DNA of 64,000 bases from an uncultured Myxococcota bacterium (GCA_964196355.1 CAXMTO010000242.1:1648-65647); one strand, 5' to 3'. Shown: positions 43,050 to 54,671, counted from the stretch's first letter. Program-made: numbers and translations. The notes: generated from the sequence alone by a model not told the origin.

Positions 43050-43589
43050 ATGGGTGCGCTGAGAGAGAAATATGTAAGTGAGTGTGTTCCTGCACTCAAA
43101 GAAGAATTTGGGTATACGAATGTCATGCAGCTTCCTCAATTAAAGAAGATAGTTCTTAATATGGGGCTGGGTGAGGCTGTTCAAAATCCCAAGATGGTCG
43201 ATGGTGCCGCTGAAGAGCTGACCAGAATAGCCGGACAAAAGTCTGTGATAACAAAAGCTAAGAAATCAATTGCTACATTTAAACTTCGAGAGGGGATGCC
43301 GATTGGATGTTGTGTTACTCTAAGAGGTGACAAAATGTATGATTTTTTTAGTAAACTTGTGAACATAGCATTGCCGCGGGTAAGAGATTTTCGTGGCTTG
43401 TCACCTAAGGGTTTTGATGGGAGAGGTAATTTTTCTATGGGAATCCAGGAGCAGATTATTTTTCCGGAAATTGATTACGATCAAATTGACAAAATAAAGG
43501 GGTTGAACGTCACCATTGTCACCTCCGCTAATACGGATGATGAAGGGCGCTGTTTGTTAAGAACGCTCGGTATGCCCTTTAGGAAGTAA
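43050..43589 (+). CDS. rplE: 50S ribosomal protein L5
   Basis: [31 protein letters not shown]. Confidence 0.97.
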   Translation: MGALREKYVSECVPALKEEFGYTNVMQLPQLKKIVLNMGLGEAVQNPKMVDGAAEELTRIAGQKSVITKAKKSIATFKLREGMPIGCCVTLRGDKMYDFFSKLVNIALPRVRDFRGLSPKGFDGRGNFSMGIQEQIIFPEIDYDQIDKIKGLNVTIVTSANTDDEGRCLLRTLGMPFRK

Positions 43590-43643
43590 CACGTAGATAA
43601 GAAAAATATATGGGTTCTTTGCCCAACTAAAAACAAAGAGATA

Positions 43644-43790
43644 CTAGGAGCTTGTCCGAGAATAGGCATTTTCTCTCAAATCGAGGCATTTTGAAAAAAT
43701 AAGCGCAGCCATATACTTGATATTGTGAGCATTGTTTTTTAGAAATAACGAAAAGTTGGGTGAAAGGGGCATTCTCGGACAGCCTCCTAG
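43644..43790. mobile_element. MITE family B, copy 2 (CTAG-flanked)
   Basis: CTAG-GAGCTTGTCCGAGAAT ... ATTCTCGGACAGCCTC-CTAG; reverse complement of 7461-7603. Confidence 0.88.
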
Positions 43791-43889
43791 ATGGTTTTGA
43801 TACAGAAATCATACTGGTGACATACGCTGTTTATCAGAGCAGTCCAATAAGTAGAAGTTTATTCTAATAGAGTTTATCTGGAGGTTGGT

Positions 43890-44075
43890 TTGGCTAAGAA
43901 ATCTATAATTGCTAAAGCAAAGCGTGATCAAAAATTTAATGTACGAAATTATAATCGTTGCCCTATGTGTGGGCGTCCCAGGGCGTTTATCAGGAAATTT
44001 GGGATTTGCAGAATTTGTTTTAGAAAATTGGCATTGAGCGGTGAAATTACTGGAGTCACGAAATCAAGTTGGTAG
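43890..44075 (+). CDS. rpsN: 30S ribosomal protein S14, Zn-binding type (TTG start)
   Basis: 61 aa, [22 protein letters not shown]. Confidence 0.96.
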   Translation: MAKKSIIAKAKRDQKFNVRNYNRCPMCGRPRAFIRKFGICRICFRKLALSGEITGVTKSSW

Positions 44076-44134
44076 AGGTTCTCTACTATTTTGATTGATA
44101 CAGTCTACTATATTGAAAATAAGGAGTGTTCGCT

Positions 44135-44533
44135 ATGTCAATGAGCGATCCACTGGCAGATATGCTGACCAGGATAAGAAATGCGGTAATGGTGAAATTT
44201 GATTCGGTTGAAATGCCGACATCGACGGTCAAGGTTAACATTGCAAGCGTTCTTAAAGAAGAAGGGTACATTTCAGATTATGAAGTCGCTGAGGGCGGTG
44301 TTCAGGGGACATTGAAAATTAGCTTAAAATATGGTCCTGACAAAGAATCTGTAATTACCGGAATTAAGCGGGTTAGTAAACCCGGACTAAGAAAATACGC
44401 CAAAGCCGATGCAATACCAAAGGTGTTGAACGGGCTGGGAATTGCAATAATTTCCACATCAAAAGGCGTTGTGACGGATAAAACTGCAAGAGCCCTTAAT
44501 TTTGGTGGGGAGATCATTTGTGAGGTCTGGTAG
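44135..44533 (+). CDS. rpsH: 30S ribosomal protein S8
   Basis: [30 protein letters not shown]. Confidence 0.97.
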   Translation: MSMSDPLADMLTRIRNAVMVKFDSVEMPTSTVKVNIASVLKEEGYISDYEVAEGGVQGTLKISLKYGPDKESVITGIKRVSKPGLRKYAKADAIPKVLNGLGIAIISTSKGVVTDKTARALNFGGEIICEVW

Positions 44534-44557
44534 ATCTTACAGATAACGGAGGTAACT

Positions 44558-45097
44558 ATGTCTCGTATTGGTAAACAACCAATTTCTGTTCCTGCTGGAG
44601 TTAAGGTTGACTTGAAAGGTCAGCATATATCTGTATCTGGAACTAAAGGAAGCCTGAAGCGTGAAATTCTCGATGACATTGAAGTCGTGGTTGAGGATAA
44701 TGTGATTAAAGTCAATAACAGGGTGGATAGCAGTAAGGTCAATGCGTTTCGCGGACTGACCAGAAGCCTTATCAATAACATGATTGTCGGTGTCGCAGAT
44801 GGCTTTAAGCGGACTCTTGTAATTGAGGGAGTTGGATATAGAGCGAGCATCAACAGTTCTACATTGACTCTCAATGTTGGGTATTCAAATCCCGTAGAGT
44901 TTCAGTTACCCAAAGAAGTAACTGCTTCCGTAGATGGTAACACAAAGATTGTTCTTGAATCCATTGATAAGGAAATTCTGGGTTTGACAGCCTCCAGGAT
45001 ACGTCAAATCAGGAAACCTGAACCATACAAGGGAAAGGGTATCCGTTACGAAGATGAACATATCGTTCGTAAGGCTGGTAAAGCTGGGGCCAAATAA
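44558..45097 (+). CDS. rplF: 50S ribosomal protein L6
   Basis: MSRIGK, PEPYKGKGIRY. Confidence 0.97.
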   Translation: MSRIGKQPISVPAGVKVDLKGQHISVSGTKGSLKREILDDIEVVVEDNVIKVNNRVDSSKVNAFRGLTRSLINNMIVGVADGFKRTLVIEGVGYRASINSSTLTLNVGYSNPVEFQLPKEVTASVDGNTKIVLESIDKEILGLTASRIRQIRKPEPYKGKGIRYEDEHIVRKAGKAGAK

Positions 45098-45143
45098 TCT
45101 CAACACAAATATGTACCATAATTACAATTAATGGATAAATACA

Positions 45144-45509
45144 ATGGCTAGGACGAATTCTAAGACGATAGCGAGGGCGAAACGAGTCAAGCGTATCAGG
45201 AAAAAAATCACTGGTACAAGTGAACGCCCAAGACTCAGAGTCTTTAAGAGCAATAAGCATATATACGCTCAAATTATTGATGACGCTGCAGGGCATACGC
45301 TGGTATCCATGTCTACCAAGGACAAGGAGTTTGTCCCTGGTGAGGAAAAAGGGAAGGTTGGTGCAGCCAAGAAAGTTGGCGAGATGATAGGCGCTCGTGC
45401 AAAAGCCGCCGGAATTACCAAAGTCGTATTCGATCGTGGTGGTTCGATTTATCACGGTAGGGTTCGATCGCTTTCTGAAGGTGCTCGGGAAAGCGGTTTG
45501 CAATTTTAA
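45144..45509 (+). CDS. rplR: 50S ribosomal protein L18
   Basis: [26 protein letters not shown]. Confidence 0.97.
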   Translation: MARTNSKTIARAKRVKRIRKKITGTSERPRLRVFKSNKHIYAQIIDDAAGHTLVSMSTKDKEFVPGEEKGKVGAAKKVGEMIGARAKAAGITKVVFDRGGSIYHGRVRSLSEGARESGLQF

Positions 45510-45536
45510 TGATTTTACAATAAACGGGGGTGTTCC

Positions 45537-46049
45537 TTGTCTGATTTCAAGCGTTCCAAAAGCACTAATGCTGAGGAACTGATAGAGAAAATTGTTTTTA
45601 TCAACAGAGTAGCTAAGGTTGTTAAAGGTGGTCGTAGATTTAGCTTCAGTGCCATAGTTGTGGTGGGAGACGGTAAGGGCAAGGTAGGTTACGGTCTCGG
45701 TAAGGCTAACCAGGTCCCTGAGGCTATTCGTAAGGGAGTGGAAAAGGCAAGAAAAGCTATGCATTCAGTACCACTCACCGAGGCCTCCATTCCTCATCAA
45801 ATTGTGGGCAGGTATGGAGCCGGAAAGGTGCTCCTGAAACCGGCCTCCGAGGGAACAGGGCTCATTGCTGGTGGACCGGTAAGAGCAGTTTTGGAAGCTG
45901 CCGGTGTTTCAAACATACTGACAAAATGCCTTGGGTCGCACAACCCGCATAACATGGTCAAGGCAACGATAAATGGACTGCAATCTTTGCGTTCAGCGCA
46001 AAATATTGCTGATCTCCGGGGTAAAACCGTAGAAGAAATAACTGCATGA
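45537..46049 (+). CDS. rpsE: 30S ribosomal protein S5 (TTG start)
   Basis: [23 protein letters not shown]. Confidence 0.97.
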   Translation: MSDFKRSKSTNAEELIEKIVFINRVAKVVKGGRRFSFSAIVVVGDGKGKVGYGLGKANQVPEAIRKGVEKARKAMHSVPLTEASIPHQIVGRYGAGKVLLKPASEGTGLIAGGPVRAVLEAAGVSNILTKCLGSHNPHNMVKATINGLQSLRSAQNIADLRGKTVEEITA

Positions 46050-46107
46050 AATATTCCGTTACTAACGGAATATAAGTGCAAAATATCAGATAAATGAAGG
46101 TAGTCAG

Positions 46108-46290
46108 ATGGCCGAGACAATAACTTTCTTTCAGGTCAAAAGTGGTATTGGCAGTACGAAGAAAATAAACGCCACTTTAGTTGGGCTTGGGCTCACCAAA
46201 ATGCAAAAAAAAGTTACAAGAAAAGACACGCCTGAGCTTCGAGGGATGCTCAATAAAGTCAGGCATCTTGTACGAATTGAGGAGATATAA
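46108..46290 (+). CDS. rpmD: 50S ribosomal protein L30
   Basis: TLVGLGL, DTPELRGMLNKVRHLV. Confidence 0.93.
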   Translation: MAETITFFQVKSGIGSTKKINATLVGLGLTKMQKKVTRKDTPELRGMLNKVRHLVRIEEI

Positions 46291-46291
46291 C

Positions 46292-46768
46292 ATGTTAACA
46301 TTGGCAAACCTTTCTCCCCAAAAAGGTGCAAATAAGAACCGAAAACGATTGGGTCGAGGCGCAGGTACCGGACATGGTAAAACTGCCGGTCGTGGACACA
46401 AAGGGTTCAAATCACGCTCCGGGTCCGGAATCAAACCTGGTTTTGAGGGCGGTCAAATGCCCCTGCAGCGCAGGTTGCCCAAGCGAGGCTTCACAAATAT
46501 TTTCCGTAAAGAATATGTGATAGTTTCGCTCTCTCAACTTGATTCGTTTGATGGAAGCGCAGAAATAAATACAGCTGCCCTGGTGGATGCAGGAATCGTC
46601 AAAAAAGGTGTTTTGGTTAAAGTCCTTGCTAACGGTGAGGTAACAAAAGCGTTGAACATAGAAGTTGATAAAATCAGCGATTCTGCGAAAAATAAAATTG
46701 AAGCAGCGGGTGGGAAAGTTCGCATTTCCAGTCAGCAGGTTAGCCTAGAAACGATTCCTGTTATTTGA
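46292..46768 (+). CDS. rplO: 50S ribosomal protein L15
   Basis: RLGRGAGTGHGKTAGRGHKG, FEGGQMPLQRRLPKRGF; ATG 46292. Confidence 0.97.
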   Translation: MLTLANLSPQKGANKNRKRLGRGAGTGHGKTAGRGHKGFKSRSGSGIKPGFEGGQMPLQRRLPKRGFTNIFRKEYVIVSLSQLDSFDGSAEINTAALVDAGIVKKGVLVKVLANGEVTKALNIEVDKISDSAKNKIEAAGGKVRISSQQVSLETIPVI

Positions 46769-46812
46769 CATTAGAGCCTCAGTTTTCATTGAAACGAAGA
46801 TAGGACGATATA

Positions 46813-48117
46813 ATGAGTGGATTGCAGAGTGCTGCAAATATACCGGAGTTACGTAAGCGCGTTCTTTTTACGCTTATAATGCTCGCCGTATACAGGATGG
46901 GCGTTCAGATACCGACACCCGGTATCAATGGCGAGGCACTTTCGGCCTTTTTCGCACAGAATGCAGGAACGTTGTTTGGCATGTTTAATATGTTTTCTGG
47001 TGGTGCTCTGGAAAATTTTTCCATTTTTGCTCTGGGAATTATGCCTTACATCAGTGCTTCTATTATCATGCAACTCATGACTGTTGTGGTTCCACACCTT
47101 GAGGCGCTGAAGAAAGAAGGTCAGGCAGGCAGCCGAAAAATTACTCAGTACACACGGTATGGAACCGTTGTCTTGAGTATTATTCAGGGCACCTTTATCG
47201 CAACAGGCCTTCAAGGTATGACAGGACCAGGTGGAGAGGCCATTGTACTTACACCGGGCATCGAGTTTAAATTGATGACTATGCTCACATTAACGTCAGG
47301 AACAGCATTCATAATGTGGCTTGGTGAGCAAATGACCGAAAGAGGGATCGGTAACGGTATTTCACTGATCATTTTCGCTGGCATTGTGGCTAGAGGGCCA
47401 GCCGCTATCGTAAATTCTATCCAGCTGGTTAAAGCCGGTGAGATTGCACTTTTCTTCGTGCCGTTTCTCGTAATCTTCATGTTCTTCATCATAGCGATTA
47501 TAGTTTTCTTTGAAACGTCACAGCGAAGAATACCGATTCAGTATGCCAAGAGAGTTGTGGGGCAAAAGGTGTATGGAGGGCAGAGCTCTCATCTTCCCTT
47601 GAAAATCAATATAGCCGGGGTTATTCCGCCGATATTTGCCTCTTCTATAATGATGTTTCCCGCCACAATCGGCAGTTTTATACAGATTGACTGGGTTCAG
47701 AGAGCATCTGCAGCAATGTCACCTGGAACGGTCTATTATTATGTGTGCTATGTGGGAATGATAGTATTTTTCTGCTTTTTCTATACTGCTGTGCAGTTCA
47801 AGCCTGATGATGTCGCGGAGAATCTCAAGAAGAATGGGGGATTTATCCCTGGCATACGGCCCGGCAAAAAAACGGCAGAATTTATAGATAAGGTATTAAC
47901 CAGGCTCACTGTTGTTGGTGCGATTTATCTTAGCGCCGTTTGCGTACTACCTACTATCCTTATTTCCAAATTCAACATTCCCTTCTTTTTCGGAGGAACG
48001 GCCCTACTGATCGTAGTTGGTGTCGGTATTGATACTATTTCTCAGATTGAATCGCATTTACATATGAGAAATTATGAAGGATTCATGAAACAGGGCAGGA
48101 TTAAAGGACGCAGATAG
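46813..48117 (+). CDS. secY: Preprotein translocase SecY
   Basis: SIFALGIMPYISASII, GIGNGISLIIF, FIPGIRPG, GGTALLIVV. Confidence 0.98.
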   Translation: MSGLQSAANIPELRKRVLFTLIMLAVYRMGVQIPTPGINGEALSAFFAQNAGTLFGMFNMFSGGALENFSIFALGIMPYISASIIMQLMTVVVPHLEALKKEGQAGSRKITQYTRYGTVVLSIIQGTFIATGLQGMTGPGGEAIVLTPGIEFKLMTMLTLTSGTAFIMWLGEQMTERGIGNGISLIIFAGIVARGPAAIVNSIQLVKAGEIALFFVPFLVIFMFFIIAIIVFFETSQRRIPIQYAKRVVGQKVYGGQSSHLPLKINIAGVIPPIFASSIMMFPATIGSFIQIDWVQRASAAMSPGTVYYYVCYVGMIVFFCFFYTAVQFKPDDVAENLKKNGGFIPGIRPGKKTAEFIDKVLTRLTVVGAIYLSAVCVLPTILISKFNIPFFFGGTALLIVVGVGIDTISQIESHLHMRNYEGFMKQGRIKGRR

Positions 48118-48120
48118 GAC

Positions 48121-48909
48121 GTGTCGGCCACAGCAGATAATAAGGGCAAAGGTTCTATCGTATTAAAGAACGTTGATGAAATATCGATTATGCAGGAGGC
48201 AAATACCATTGTCTCTGAAGTGCTCACAACGCTGAAGGGTGTGGTTGAACCTGGAATTACTACGTGGGAACTCGACAGGATCGCCGAGGAATTGTGTCTT
48301 AAGCGTAATGCAAAACCCGCTTTCAAAGGTTACAGGGGATTCCCCGGTAGTCTTTGTGTGTCAGTGAATGAGGAGGTAGTACACGGAATTCCTTCTCGAA
48401 AGAAAAAGTTGAAGGCCGGAGATATTATTTCAGTCGATTTTGGTACTGAATATAGAGGATTTTACGGCGATTCTGCTGTCACCCTGTCAGTTGGGAAAAT
48501 ATCACCTGATATTAAGCGATTACTTCGGGTTACCAAAGAGTCACTGAATAAGGGGATTGAACAGGTTGTCGCAGGAAACCGTGTTGGAGATATCTCTGTA
48601 GCGATTCAGAAACACGTAGAAGCGCGCGGGTTTTCCATAGTCAGGCAGTTTGTCGGACACGGTATCGGCAGTTCGCTCCATGAAGCGCCAGAGATACCAA
48701 ATTTTTTTCATGGGGAACGTACTGTACGTCTGCTCCCGGGAATGGTACTGGCGATTGAGCCCATGGTTAATATGGGGACGCATAAGGTTAAAGTGTTGAA
48801 AGACGGTTGGACTGTAATTACCAATGATCGGAAACCATCTGCACATTTCGAACATTCGGTGGCTGTAACAGAAAAAGGTCCGATTATATTAAGCCAGCGT
48901 GAAAATTAG
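48121..48909 (+). CDS. map: Methionine aminopeptidase type I
   Basis: SVNEEVVHGIP, GHGIG..LHEAP, AIEPM, SAHFEHSV. Confidence 0.96.
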   Translation: MSATADNKGKGSIVLKNVDEISIMQEANTIVSEVLTTLKGVVEPGITTWELDRIAEELCLKRNAKPAFKGYRGFPGSLCVSVNEEVVHGIPSRKKKLKAGDIISVDFGTEYRGFYGDSAVTLSVGKISPDIKRLLRVTKESLNKGIEQVVAGNRVGDISVAIQKHVEARGFSIVRQFVGHGIGSSLHEAPEIPNFFHGERTVRLLPGMVLAIEPMVNMGTHKVKVLKDGWTVITNDRKPSAHFEHSVAVTEKGPIILSQREN

Positions 48910-48996
48910 CGTATCGTAAAAAAAACTTCTCTTTTTTGAAGAGATATATTATATTGCTCTCTTTTTAATTGAAACATTGATAACTCAGGTACCTCC

Positions 48997-49233
48997 ATGG
49001 CTAAAGAAGAAGCAATTGAAGTAGAAGGAACCATTATTGAGCCCCTGCCGAACGCGATGTTCAGGGTAGAGCTTGACAATGGCCACAAAGTACTGGCACA
49101 TATATCGGGTAAGATGAGGATGCATTTCATCAAAATTTTACCTGGCGATAGGGTTACTATAGAACTTTCTCCCTATGATTTAACCAGGGGGCGGGTAACA
49201 TTTCGGGCGAAAAACGCCAAAAAGAATAAATAG
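48997..49233 (+). CDS. infA: Translation initiation factor IF-1
   Basis: [28 protein letters not shown]. Confidence 0.97.
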   Translation: MAKEEAIEVEGTIIEPLPNAMFRVELDNGHKVLAHISGKMRMHFIKILPGDRVTIELSPYDLTRGRVTFRAKNAKKNK

Positions 49234-49245
49234 AGTCCGTTTATC

Positions 49246-49359
49246 ATGAAAGTACGCGCATCAGTAAAGAAAATATGCAGTGACTGCAAGATATTCAAAC
49301 GAAAAAATGTTGTTCGCGTATCTTGTAAGGTGAAGAAACATAAACAGAGGCAGGGATAA
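49246..49359 (+). CDS. rpmJ: 50S ribosomal protein L36
   Basis: Manual translation [37 protein letters not shown]. Confidence 0.96.
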   Translation: MKVRASVKKICSDCKIFKRKNVVRVSCKVKKHKQRQG

Positions 49360-49411
49360 ACTGGTTTCCACCATTTTTTTAAACTACCTACTTCTTCTAA
49401 GGAGATAGATC

Positions 49412-49777
49412 TTGGCACGTATATCAGGAGTTGACCTTCCGAAAAACAAACACATTGATCGAGCACTTACTTACATACATGGTATTGGGCTGACATCAGC
49501 ACGAAAAATTCTCGATAAGGTAGATTTACCTTACACTATGAATAGCGACGATCTCAACGGGGATGATGTTAACCGGATTAGGAAGATTATCGAAGGTGAG
49601 TTTACCGTTGAAGGTGATCGACGACGTGAAGTTTCTATGGATATTAAGAGACTCACGGATTTGGGGTGTTATCGAGGGCGTCGTCATCGGTTGGGACTGC
49701 CTTGTCGTGGACAGAAAACAAAGACGAATGCTCGTACCAGAAAGGGGCCACGTAGAGGGGCTGCTCGTCGGAAATAG
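49412..49777 (+). CDS. rpsM: 30S ribosomal protein S13 (TTG start)
   Basis: [31 protein letters not shown]. Confidence 0.97.
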   Translation: MARISGVDLPKNKHIDRALTYIHGIGLTSARKILDKVDLPYTMNSDDLNGDDVNRIRKIIEGEFTVEGDRRREVSMDIKRLTDLGCYRGRRHRLGLPCRGQKTKTNARTRKGPRRGAARRK

Positions 49778-49801
49778 TTGAATTTAATACAGGTGTAAAA
49801 T

Positions 49802-50182
49802 ATGGCTGTAGCTAAGAAAAAAAAGGTGAAAAAGAATATCCCAGAGGGGATTGTTTTTATCTATTCTACTTTTAATAACACGATTGTAACGATTTCCGAC
49901 AAACAGGGGAATGTTGTAGCATGGTGCAGTGCCGGTGTCCTGGGATTTAAAGGATCCCGTAAAAGTACACCATTTGCTGCCCAGAATGCGCTTGCAGATG
50001 CTGCAAAGAAAGCTGCTGATTGCGGGATGCGTAAAGTTGAGGTGAGAGTTAAAGGGCCTGGCCCTGGTAGAGAGGCGGCTTTAAGAGCGCTTATCACCAC
50101 AGGATTCGAGGTAAGCCGTATTTATGACATTACTCCAATTCCTCACAATGGGTGTAAACCTCCCAAGCGCCGTCGAGTGTAA
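49802..50182 (+). CDS. rpsK: 30S ribosomal protein S11
   Basis: [32 protein letters not shown]. Confidence 0.97.
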   Translation: MAVAKKKKVKKNIPEGIVFIYSTFNNTIVTISDKQGNVVAWCSAGVLGFKGSRKSTPFAAQNALADAAKKAADCGMRKVEVRVKGPGPGREAALRALITTGFEVSRIYDITPIPHNGCKPPKRRRV

Positions 50183-50198
50183 TCTCAGGCAGAATATA

Positions 50199-50313
50199 TT
50201 AGTACCTTACTTCTGAACTTCTGTTATAAAAAACAAGAAACGGAGGAATATCTTTTAAAATTGTGTTGTTAGATATACCACCATGGTACTTATACCCCCT
50301 TGTGGGGTGTTAG
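50199..50313 (+). mobile_element. Family A element, copy 4
   Basis: TTAG-TACCTTACTTCTGAA...TATACCCCCTTGTGGGGTG-TTAG, 115 bp, between rpsK and rpsD. Confidence 0.9.
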
Positions 50314-50343
50314 CAATTTAAATAAATTGAATGGAGGCCAAAG

Positions 50344-50973
50344 TTGGCTAGAAATATAGGAGCTGCTTGTCGTAGTTGTAGGCGAGAAGGCTTAAAATTA
50401 TATCTTAAGGGTGACCGTTGTTATTCCGACAAGTGTTCTTACGAACGTAGAGCTTTCGGCCCCGGACAACATGGACAGGCAAGATTTAAAAAGCTTTCTG
50501 ACTACGCTATCCAGCTCAGGGAAAAACAGAAAGTAAAAAGTATGTACGGGATGCTTGAAAGTCAGTTTCGACTGTATTTTCAAAGGGCTGATTTACAAAA
50601 AGGTGTAACTGGCGAAAATCTCCTCATACTTCTGGAGAGACGATTGGATAATACCGTGTTTCGCATTGGCTTTGCTTCTTCTCGAGGGCAGGCCAGGCAG
50701 TTAGTTCGCCACAAGCATATTCTCATTAATGGGAAAAAAGTTGATATCCCTTCTTTTTTGATTTCCGACGGAGATGTTGTCTCATTAAAGGAAAAAAGCC
50801 GCGCAAATGGCGGGATAAATGAAAATCTTGAGGCTGTAGCTCGTCGTGGTGTGCCCAGCTGGGTTGAACTTGATAAGGACAACTATAAGGCAACGATTAA
50901 GGCTCTGCCGAACAGGGAAGAGATAACCATGCCTATAAAAGAACAGCTCATAGTAGAACTCTACTCTAAGTAA
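50344..50973 (+). CDS. rpsD: 30S ribosomal protein S4 (TTG start)
   Basis: [28 protein letters not shown]. Confidence 0.97.
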   Translation: MARNIGAACRSCRREGLKLYLKGDRCYSDKCSYERRAFGPGQHGQARFKKLSDYAIQLREKQKVKSMYGMLESQFRLYFQRADLQKGVTGENLLILLERRLDNTVFRIGFASSRGQARQLVRHKHILINGKKVDIPSFLISDGDVVSLKEKSRANGGINENLEAVARRGVPSWVELDKDNYKATIKALPNREEITMPIKEQLIVELYSK

Positions 50974-51117
50974 GATGAAGCTGCCGAACAAATAACTTCT
51001 GTTTTCGGGCTGTTGAATCGCTGTCTGATCGATAGAGTTTAGCTGATTGTTTTTACAATTTTTTTCACGTAAAGACTGATACTTTTTAAAGTAAGAAGAA
51101 ACGCGGAAAGGTAATTT

Positions 51118-52161
51118 ATGACTGAAACTGCCGACGAAAAAATACCATTTTACCGTAACTGGCACGAGCTTATTAAACCAGAGAAGCTGGAAGTTGATAG
51201 ATCAAAGCATTCCGAAACATACGGGAAATTTGTCTGTCAACCACTTGAGAGGGGGTTTGCAACCACTATTGGGAATTCGCTTCGCAGAATACTTTTATCT
51301 TCTATTCAGGGTGCTGCAATAACCACCGTTAAGATAGAAGGGGCTTTGCACGAGTTTACTTCCATGAAGGATATTATGGAAGACGTGAGCGAAATAATTC
51401 TTAATATCAAGACCGTAAGGATTAAACTCCATTCAGGTGATACTCAGAAAGTTTCAATTGAAAAGACTGGACCTGGTGTAGTTACAGCTGCAGATATTGA
51501 TGATAACGGATTTGTTGAAGTTATGAATACAGATCAGGTTATCTGCACTCTTACAGGTGAAACAACATTCAGGGCTGAATTGACAGTAGAATGGGGTAAG
51601 GGATACCAATCTGCAGAAGTGCAGGACAAGGAAAACCTGACCATTGGGCAGATCCCTATAGATGCAATTTTTACACCTATTAAAAAGATTCAATATATTA
51701 CGTCTCAGGCTCGTGTCGGGCAACAGACCGACTATGATAAACTTACCATTGAAGTTGAGACTGATGGTAGTTTAAGACCCGAGAGTGCTCTAGCATATGC
51801 AGCAAAAATTTTAAAGGAACAGCTGACGGTCTTTATTAATTTTGATGAAGAGGAAGCTGAGCCGGAGATTACTGAAGATGCCAGAAAGGAAATTGAACCC
51901 GCTAATCCTTACCTGGACAAACCGGTTGAAGATCTTGAGCTGTCAGTTAGATCGGCAAACTGTTTGAAAAATGCGGATATCCATTTTATTGGAGACCTGG
52001 CACAGAAGACAGATCAGGAAATGTTGAAAACCAAGAATTTTGGTCGAAAATCCTTGAATGAGATTAAGGCTTTGCTGTCGGAAATGGATCTCACACTTGG
52101 TATGAAATTCGAAAATTGGACGCCGCCTGATACAAAAGAAACTGAAGATCAACCGGCTTAA
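51118..52161 (+). CDS. rpoA: RNA polymerase alpha subunit
   Basis: [40 protein letters not shown]. Confidence 0.97.
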   Translation: MTETADEKIPFYRNWHELIKPEKLEVDRSKHSETYGKFVCQPLERGFATTIGNSLRRILLSSIQGAAITTVKIEGALHEFTSMKDIMEDVSEIILNIKTVRIKLHSGDTQKVSIEKTGPGVVTAADIDDNGFVEVMNTDQVICTLTGETTFRAELTVEWGKGYQSAEVQDKENLTIGQIPIDAIFTPIKKIQYITSQARVGQQTDYDKLTIEVETDGSLRPESALAYAAKILKEQLTVFINFDEEEAEPEITEDARKEIEPANPYLDKPVEDLELSVRSANCLKNADIHFIGDLAQKTDQEMLKTKNFGRKSLNEIKALLSEMDLTLGMKFENWTPPDTKETEDQPA

Positions 52162-52237
52162 ATAGCGTTGAGCTAAGTTACCTTGAAACAAATAATGCCA
52201 ATTACTTTGGTTTTTAGCAGTTGCTGAGGATAGTAAG

Positions 52238-52627
52238 ATGAGACATAAAATATCTGCAAGAAAGTTGGGACGTACCAGTTCACACAGGGATGCGATGTTC
52301 AGAAATATGGTAACCTCGCTTTTTGAGCATGAACGTATTGTTACCACTAAAGAAAAGGCTAAGGAACTCAGACCTATAGCTGAAAAGATGATTACTCTGG
52401 CCAAGCGAGGTGACCTTCACGCCCGACGTCAAGCTCTCAGCTATATTAGAAGCAAGGATGTCGTTGAGAAACTGTTTACTGACATTCAGGAACAGTTTGC
52501 AGACAGAAAAGGTGGATATACGCGCATTCTGCAGACAGGCGTCAGGAAGGGTGACAATGCTTCAATGGCTATTATCGAACTCGTCGGTTATGAAGAACAA
52601 ATTGATGTGAATGAAGACGATAATTAG
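52238..52627 (+). CDS. rplQ: 50S ribosomal protein L17
   Basis: MRHK...[21 protein letters not shown]. Confidence 0.97.
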   Translation: MRHKISARKLGRTSSHRDAMFRNMVTSLFEHERIVTTKEKAKELRPIAEKMITLAKRGDLHARRQALSYIRSKDVVEKLFTDIQEQFADRKGGYTRILQTGVRKGDNASMAIIELVGYEEQIDVNEDDN

Positions 52628-52649
52628 CGTATTCTCGTTTTTTTGATCT

Positions 52650-52689
52650 AAAGCTGGATGGAACGTTGTTTCCATCCAGCTTTTTTTTT
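52650..52689 (+). terminator. Terminator of the alpha operon
   Basis: AAAGCTGGATGGAA-loop-TTCCATCCAGC followed by T9. Confidence 0.88.
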
Positions 52690-52723
52690 CGTTTTTTGTG
52701 TCCTGGAGAGGGGAAGGAACAGA

Positions 52724-53491
52724 ATGGCTGATGTTGACAAAGAATTTCCTGATGGGATGGTACCTCTGGGGAACACTATCTTTAATTTTGAATGTCATCC
52801 AGCAGTACCATGTTTCACCAGTTGCTGTAAAGATGTAGATTTGACTCTTTATCCATATGATATAATTAGGCTAAAAAATGCACTTCATATGGATTCTGAA
52901 GACTTTATGAGAGCGCATACGTATCTTGTGCGGGGAGATAACCCCTTTTTTCCAACGGTAAAATTAAGACTGAGTGATGACAATACAAAATCGTGTCCTT
53001 TTTTAAAGGTGGACGGATGTCTGGTATACAATGACAGGCCATCTGCCTGTCGCACCTACCCCCTCGAAAGGGCTGTTGACAGACTTACCTTAAAAGGTGT
53101 TCCTGCCGAATTTTATTTCTTGACCAATCATTCCTACTGCCTTGGACATAAAGAAAAAAAGGAATTCAAGGTTGATTCCTGGATCAGAAATCAACGACTG
53201 ATAGAATATAACACCATGAACGCTCTATGGGTTGAGATAGACACCTTGTTCAGTACAAACCCATGGAAGGGCGAAGGAGGGGGCGGAGAAAAGCAACAGA
53301 TCGCATTCATGGTTTGTTACAATATCGATGGTTTTCGTCGATTTACCGAGGAGTATCAAATTATAAAGAAATTTAGGATCGCAAGTGATTTTAAAAGACG
53401 AATTGCAAAGGAGGATCAGGAGCTTTTAAAGTTTGGATTTGAATGGCTGAAAACGATCTTTACTGGAAAATCTTCGCTTATTTCGAGGTAA
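52724..53491 (+). CDS. YkgJ-family cysteine-cluster (Fe-S/Zn) protein
   Basis: FECHPAVPCFTSCC, CPFL...GCLVYNDRPSACRTYP, YCLG. Confidence 0.8.
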   Translation: MADVDKEFPDGMVPLGNTIFNFECHPAVPCFTSCCKDVDLTLYPYDIIRLKNALHMDSEDFMRAHTYLVRGDNPFFPTVKLRLSDDNTKSCPFLKVDGCLVYNDRPSACRTYPLERAVDRLTLKGVPAEFYFLTNHSYCLGHKEKKEFKVDSWIRNQRLIEYNTMNALWVEIDTLFSTNPWKGEGGGGEKQQIAFMVCYNIDGFRRFTEEYQIIKKFRIASDFKRRIAKEDQELLKFGFEWLKTIFTGKSSLISR

Positions 53492-53595
53492 ATTTACCAC
53501 TTTCTTAAGCTTAAGTTGCATAATCTAATTACTCGTGTTAGAAAGTGGTGTTATTTTTTTCATGTCAAACCAATGGTGGTCTGACAATTTAACAA

Positions 53596-53673
53596 AACAC
53601 ACATCTTCATTTAAAACTGGTGTCATAGACTTGCAGTCGCAGTTCTATGATCTTAGAAGATGGAGGAATAACC
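53596..53673 (+). promoter_or_regulatory. rpsB (S2) leader-like RNA structure
   Basis: ACACACATCTTC...TCATAGA/TCTATGA...GAAGATGGAGGAATAACC; nested stem with ACACAC and GGAGG..TAACC ends resembling the S2 autoregulatory leader. Confidence 0.6.
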
Positions 53674-53689
53674 AGAATCGGAGAAAATT

Positions 53690-54466
53690 ATGGCAAATGT
53701 TACTGTTAGAGAAATGCTCCAGGCCGGCCTTCACTTTGGGCATCAAACCAGACGCTGGAACCCTAAGATGAAACCCTATATTTATGGGCCGCGTAATGGA
53801 ATTTACATCGTTAATCTTGATCTTACCAAGCGTCTTTTCGATAAAGCATGTGACTTCATCACTGACGAGGTGAAAGGTGGTGGTTCTGTCCTTTTTGTTG
53901 GTACAAAAAGACAGGCGCAATCCATAGTTAATGAAGAGGCCAAGCGGTGTGGTATGTATTATGTCGATCACAGATGGCTAGGCGGGATGCTGACGAATTT
54001 TCAGACCATAAAAAACTCAATTGAAAGACTTAAATCTATAGAGTCAATGCAGGAAGATGGATCGATTAATCGCTTTCCTAAAAAAGAAATTCTTCTAATG
54101 GAAAAAGAGAGAATCAAACTTGAGCGTAATGTCGGTGGTATCAAAGATATGCGTAATGTACCGTCTGTCATATTTGTAGTAGATCCTAGAAAGGAGTCCA
54201 TTGCCATCAACGAGGCCAGCAAGCTTAATATCCCCGTTGTAGCAATAACCGATACCAATTGTGATCCTGATAATGTAGATTTTGTTATCCCCGGCAATGA
54301 TGATGCTATCCGGTCCATTCGTTTGATCAGCAATCATATTGCAGAGGCAGTGCTCACAGGTCAGGCTATGAAGGATGGTGAAGAGGCATCTGAGGAAGCT
54401 GTAGCTGCGGCGATGGCTGATGCCGGAGATGAAATGGTGGAAGAACCTGTTGAAACTGAAGAATAA
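53690..54466 (+). CDS. rpsB: 30S ribosomal protein S2
   Basis: [35 protein letters not shown]. Confidence 0.98.
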   Translation: MANVTVREMLQAGLHFGHQTRRWNPKMKPYIYGPRNGIYIVNLDLTKRLFDKACDFITDEVKGGGSVLFVGTKRQAQSIVNEEAKRCGMYYVDHRWLGGMLTNFQTIKNSIERLKSIESMQEDGSINRFPKKEILLMEKERIKLERNVGGIKDMRNVPSVIFVVDPRKESIAINEASKLNIPVVAITDTNCDPDNVDFVIPGNDDAIRSIRLISNHIAEAVLTGQAMKDGEEASEEAVAAAMADAGDEMVEEPVETEE

Positions 54467-54521
54467 ATTCTCTTCGGATACGTCACGGGGTAATTCCTGA
54501 CAGAGAAGGTGTTGTGACTGC

Positions 54522-54552
54522 AAAGGGGTTGTCTTCTGACTGCCCCTTTTTT
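54522..54552 (+). terminator. Terminator/attenuator between rpsB and tsf
   Basis: AAAGGGG..GTC-loop-GAC..CCCCTTTTTT. Confidence 0.55.
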
Positions 54553-54671
54553 CTGCGTAAAGATATGATAACTCCGGGAATCCCGGACTTTTTCAATACC
54601 CTTTTCAAGGGGAATAAGTGTCTTTGTTTTTTTTAGGCACCGAACTAAACGATTAATTAAGGAGATTTACC

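Noticed and set aside
48117-48121. Absence of adk between secY and map
   Set aside because: Direct secY-map linkage occurs in other bacteria, and there is no remnant suggesting a recent loss.
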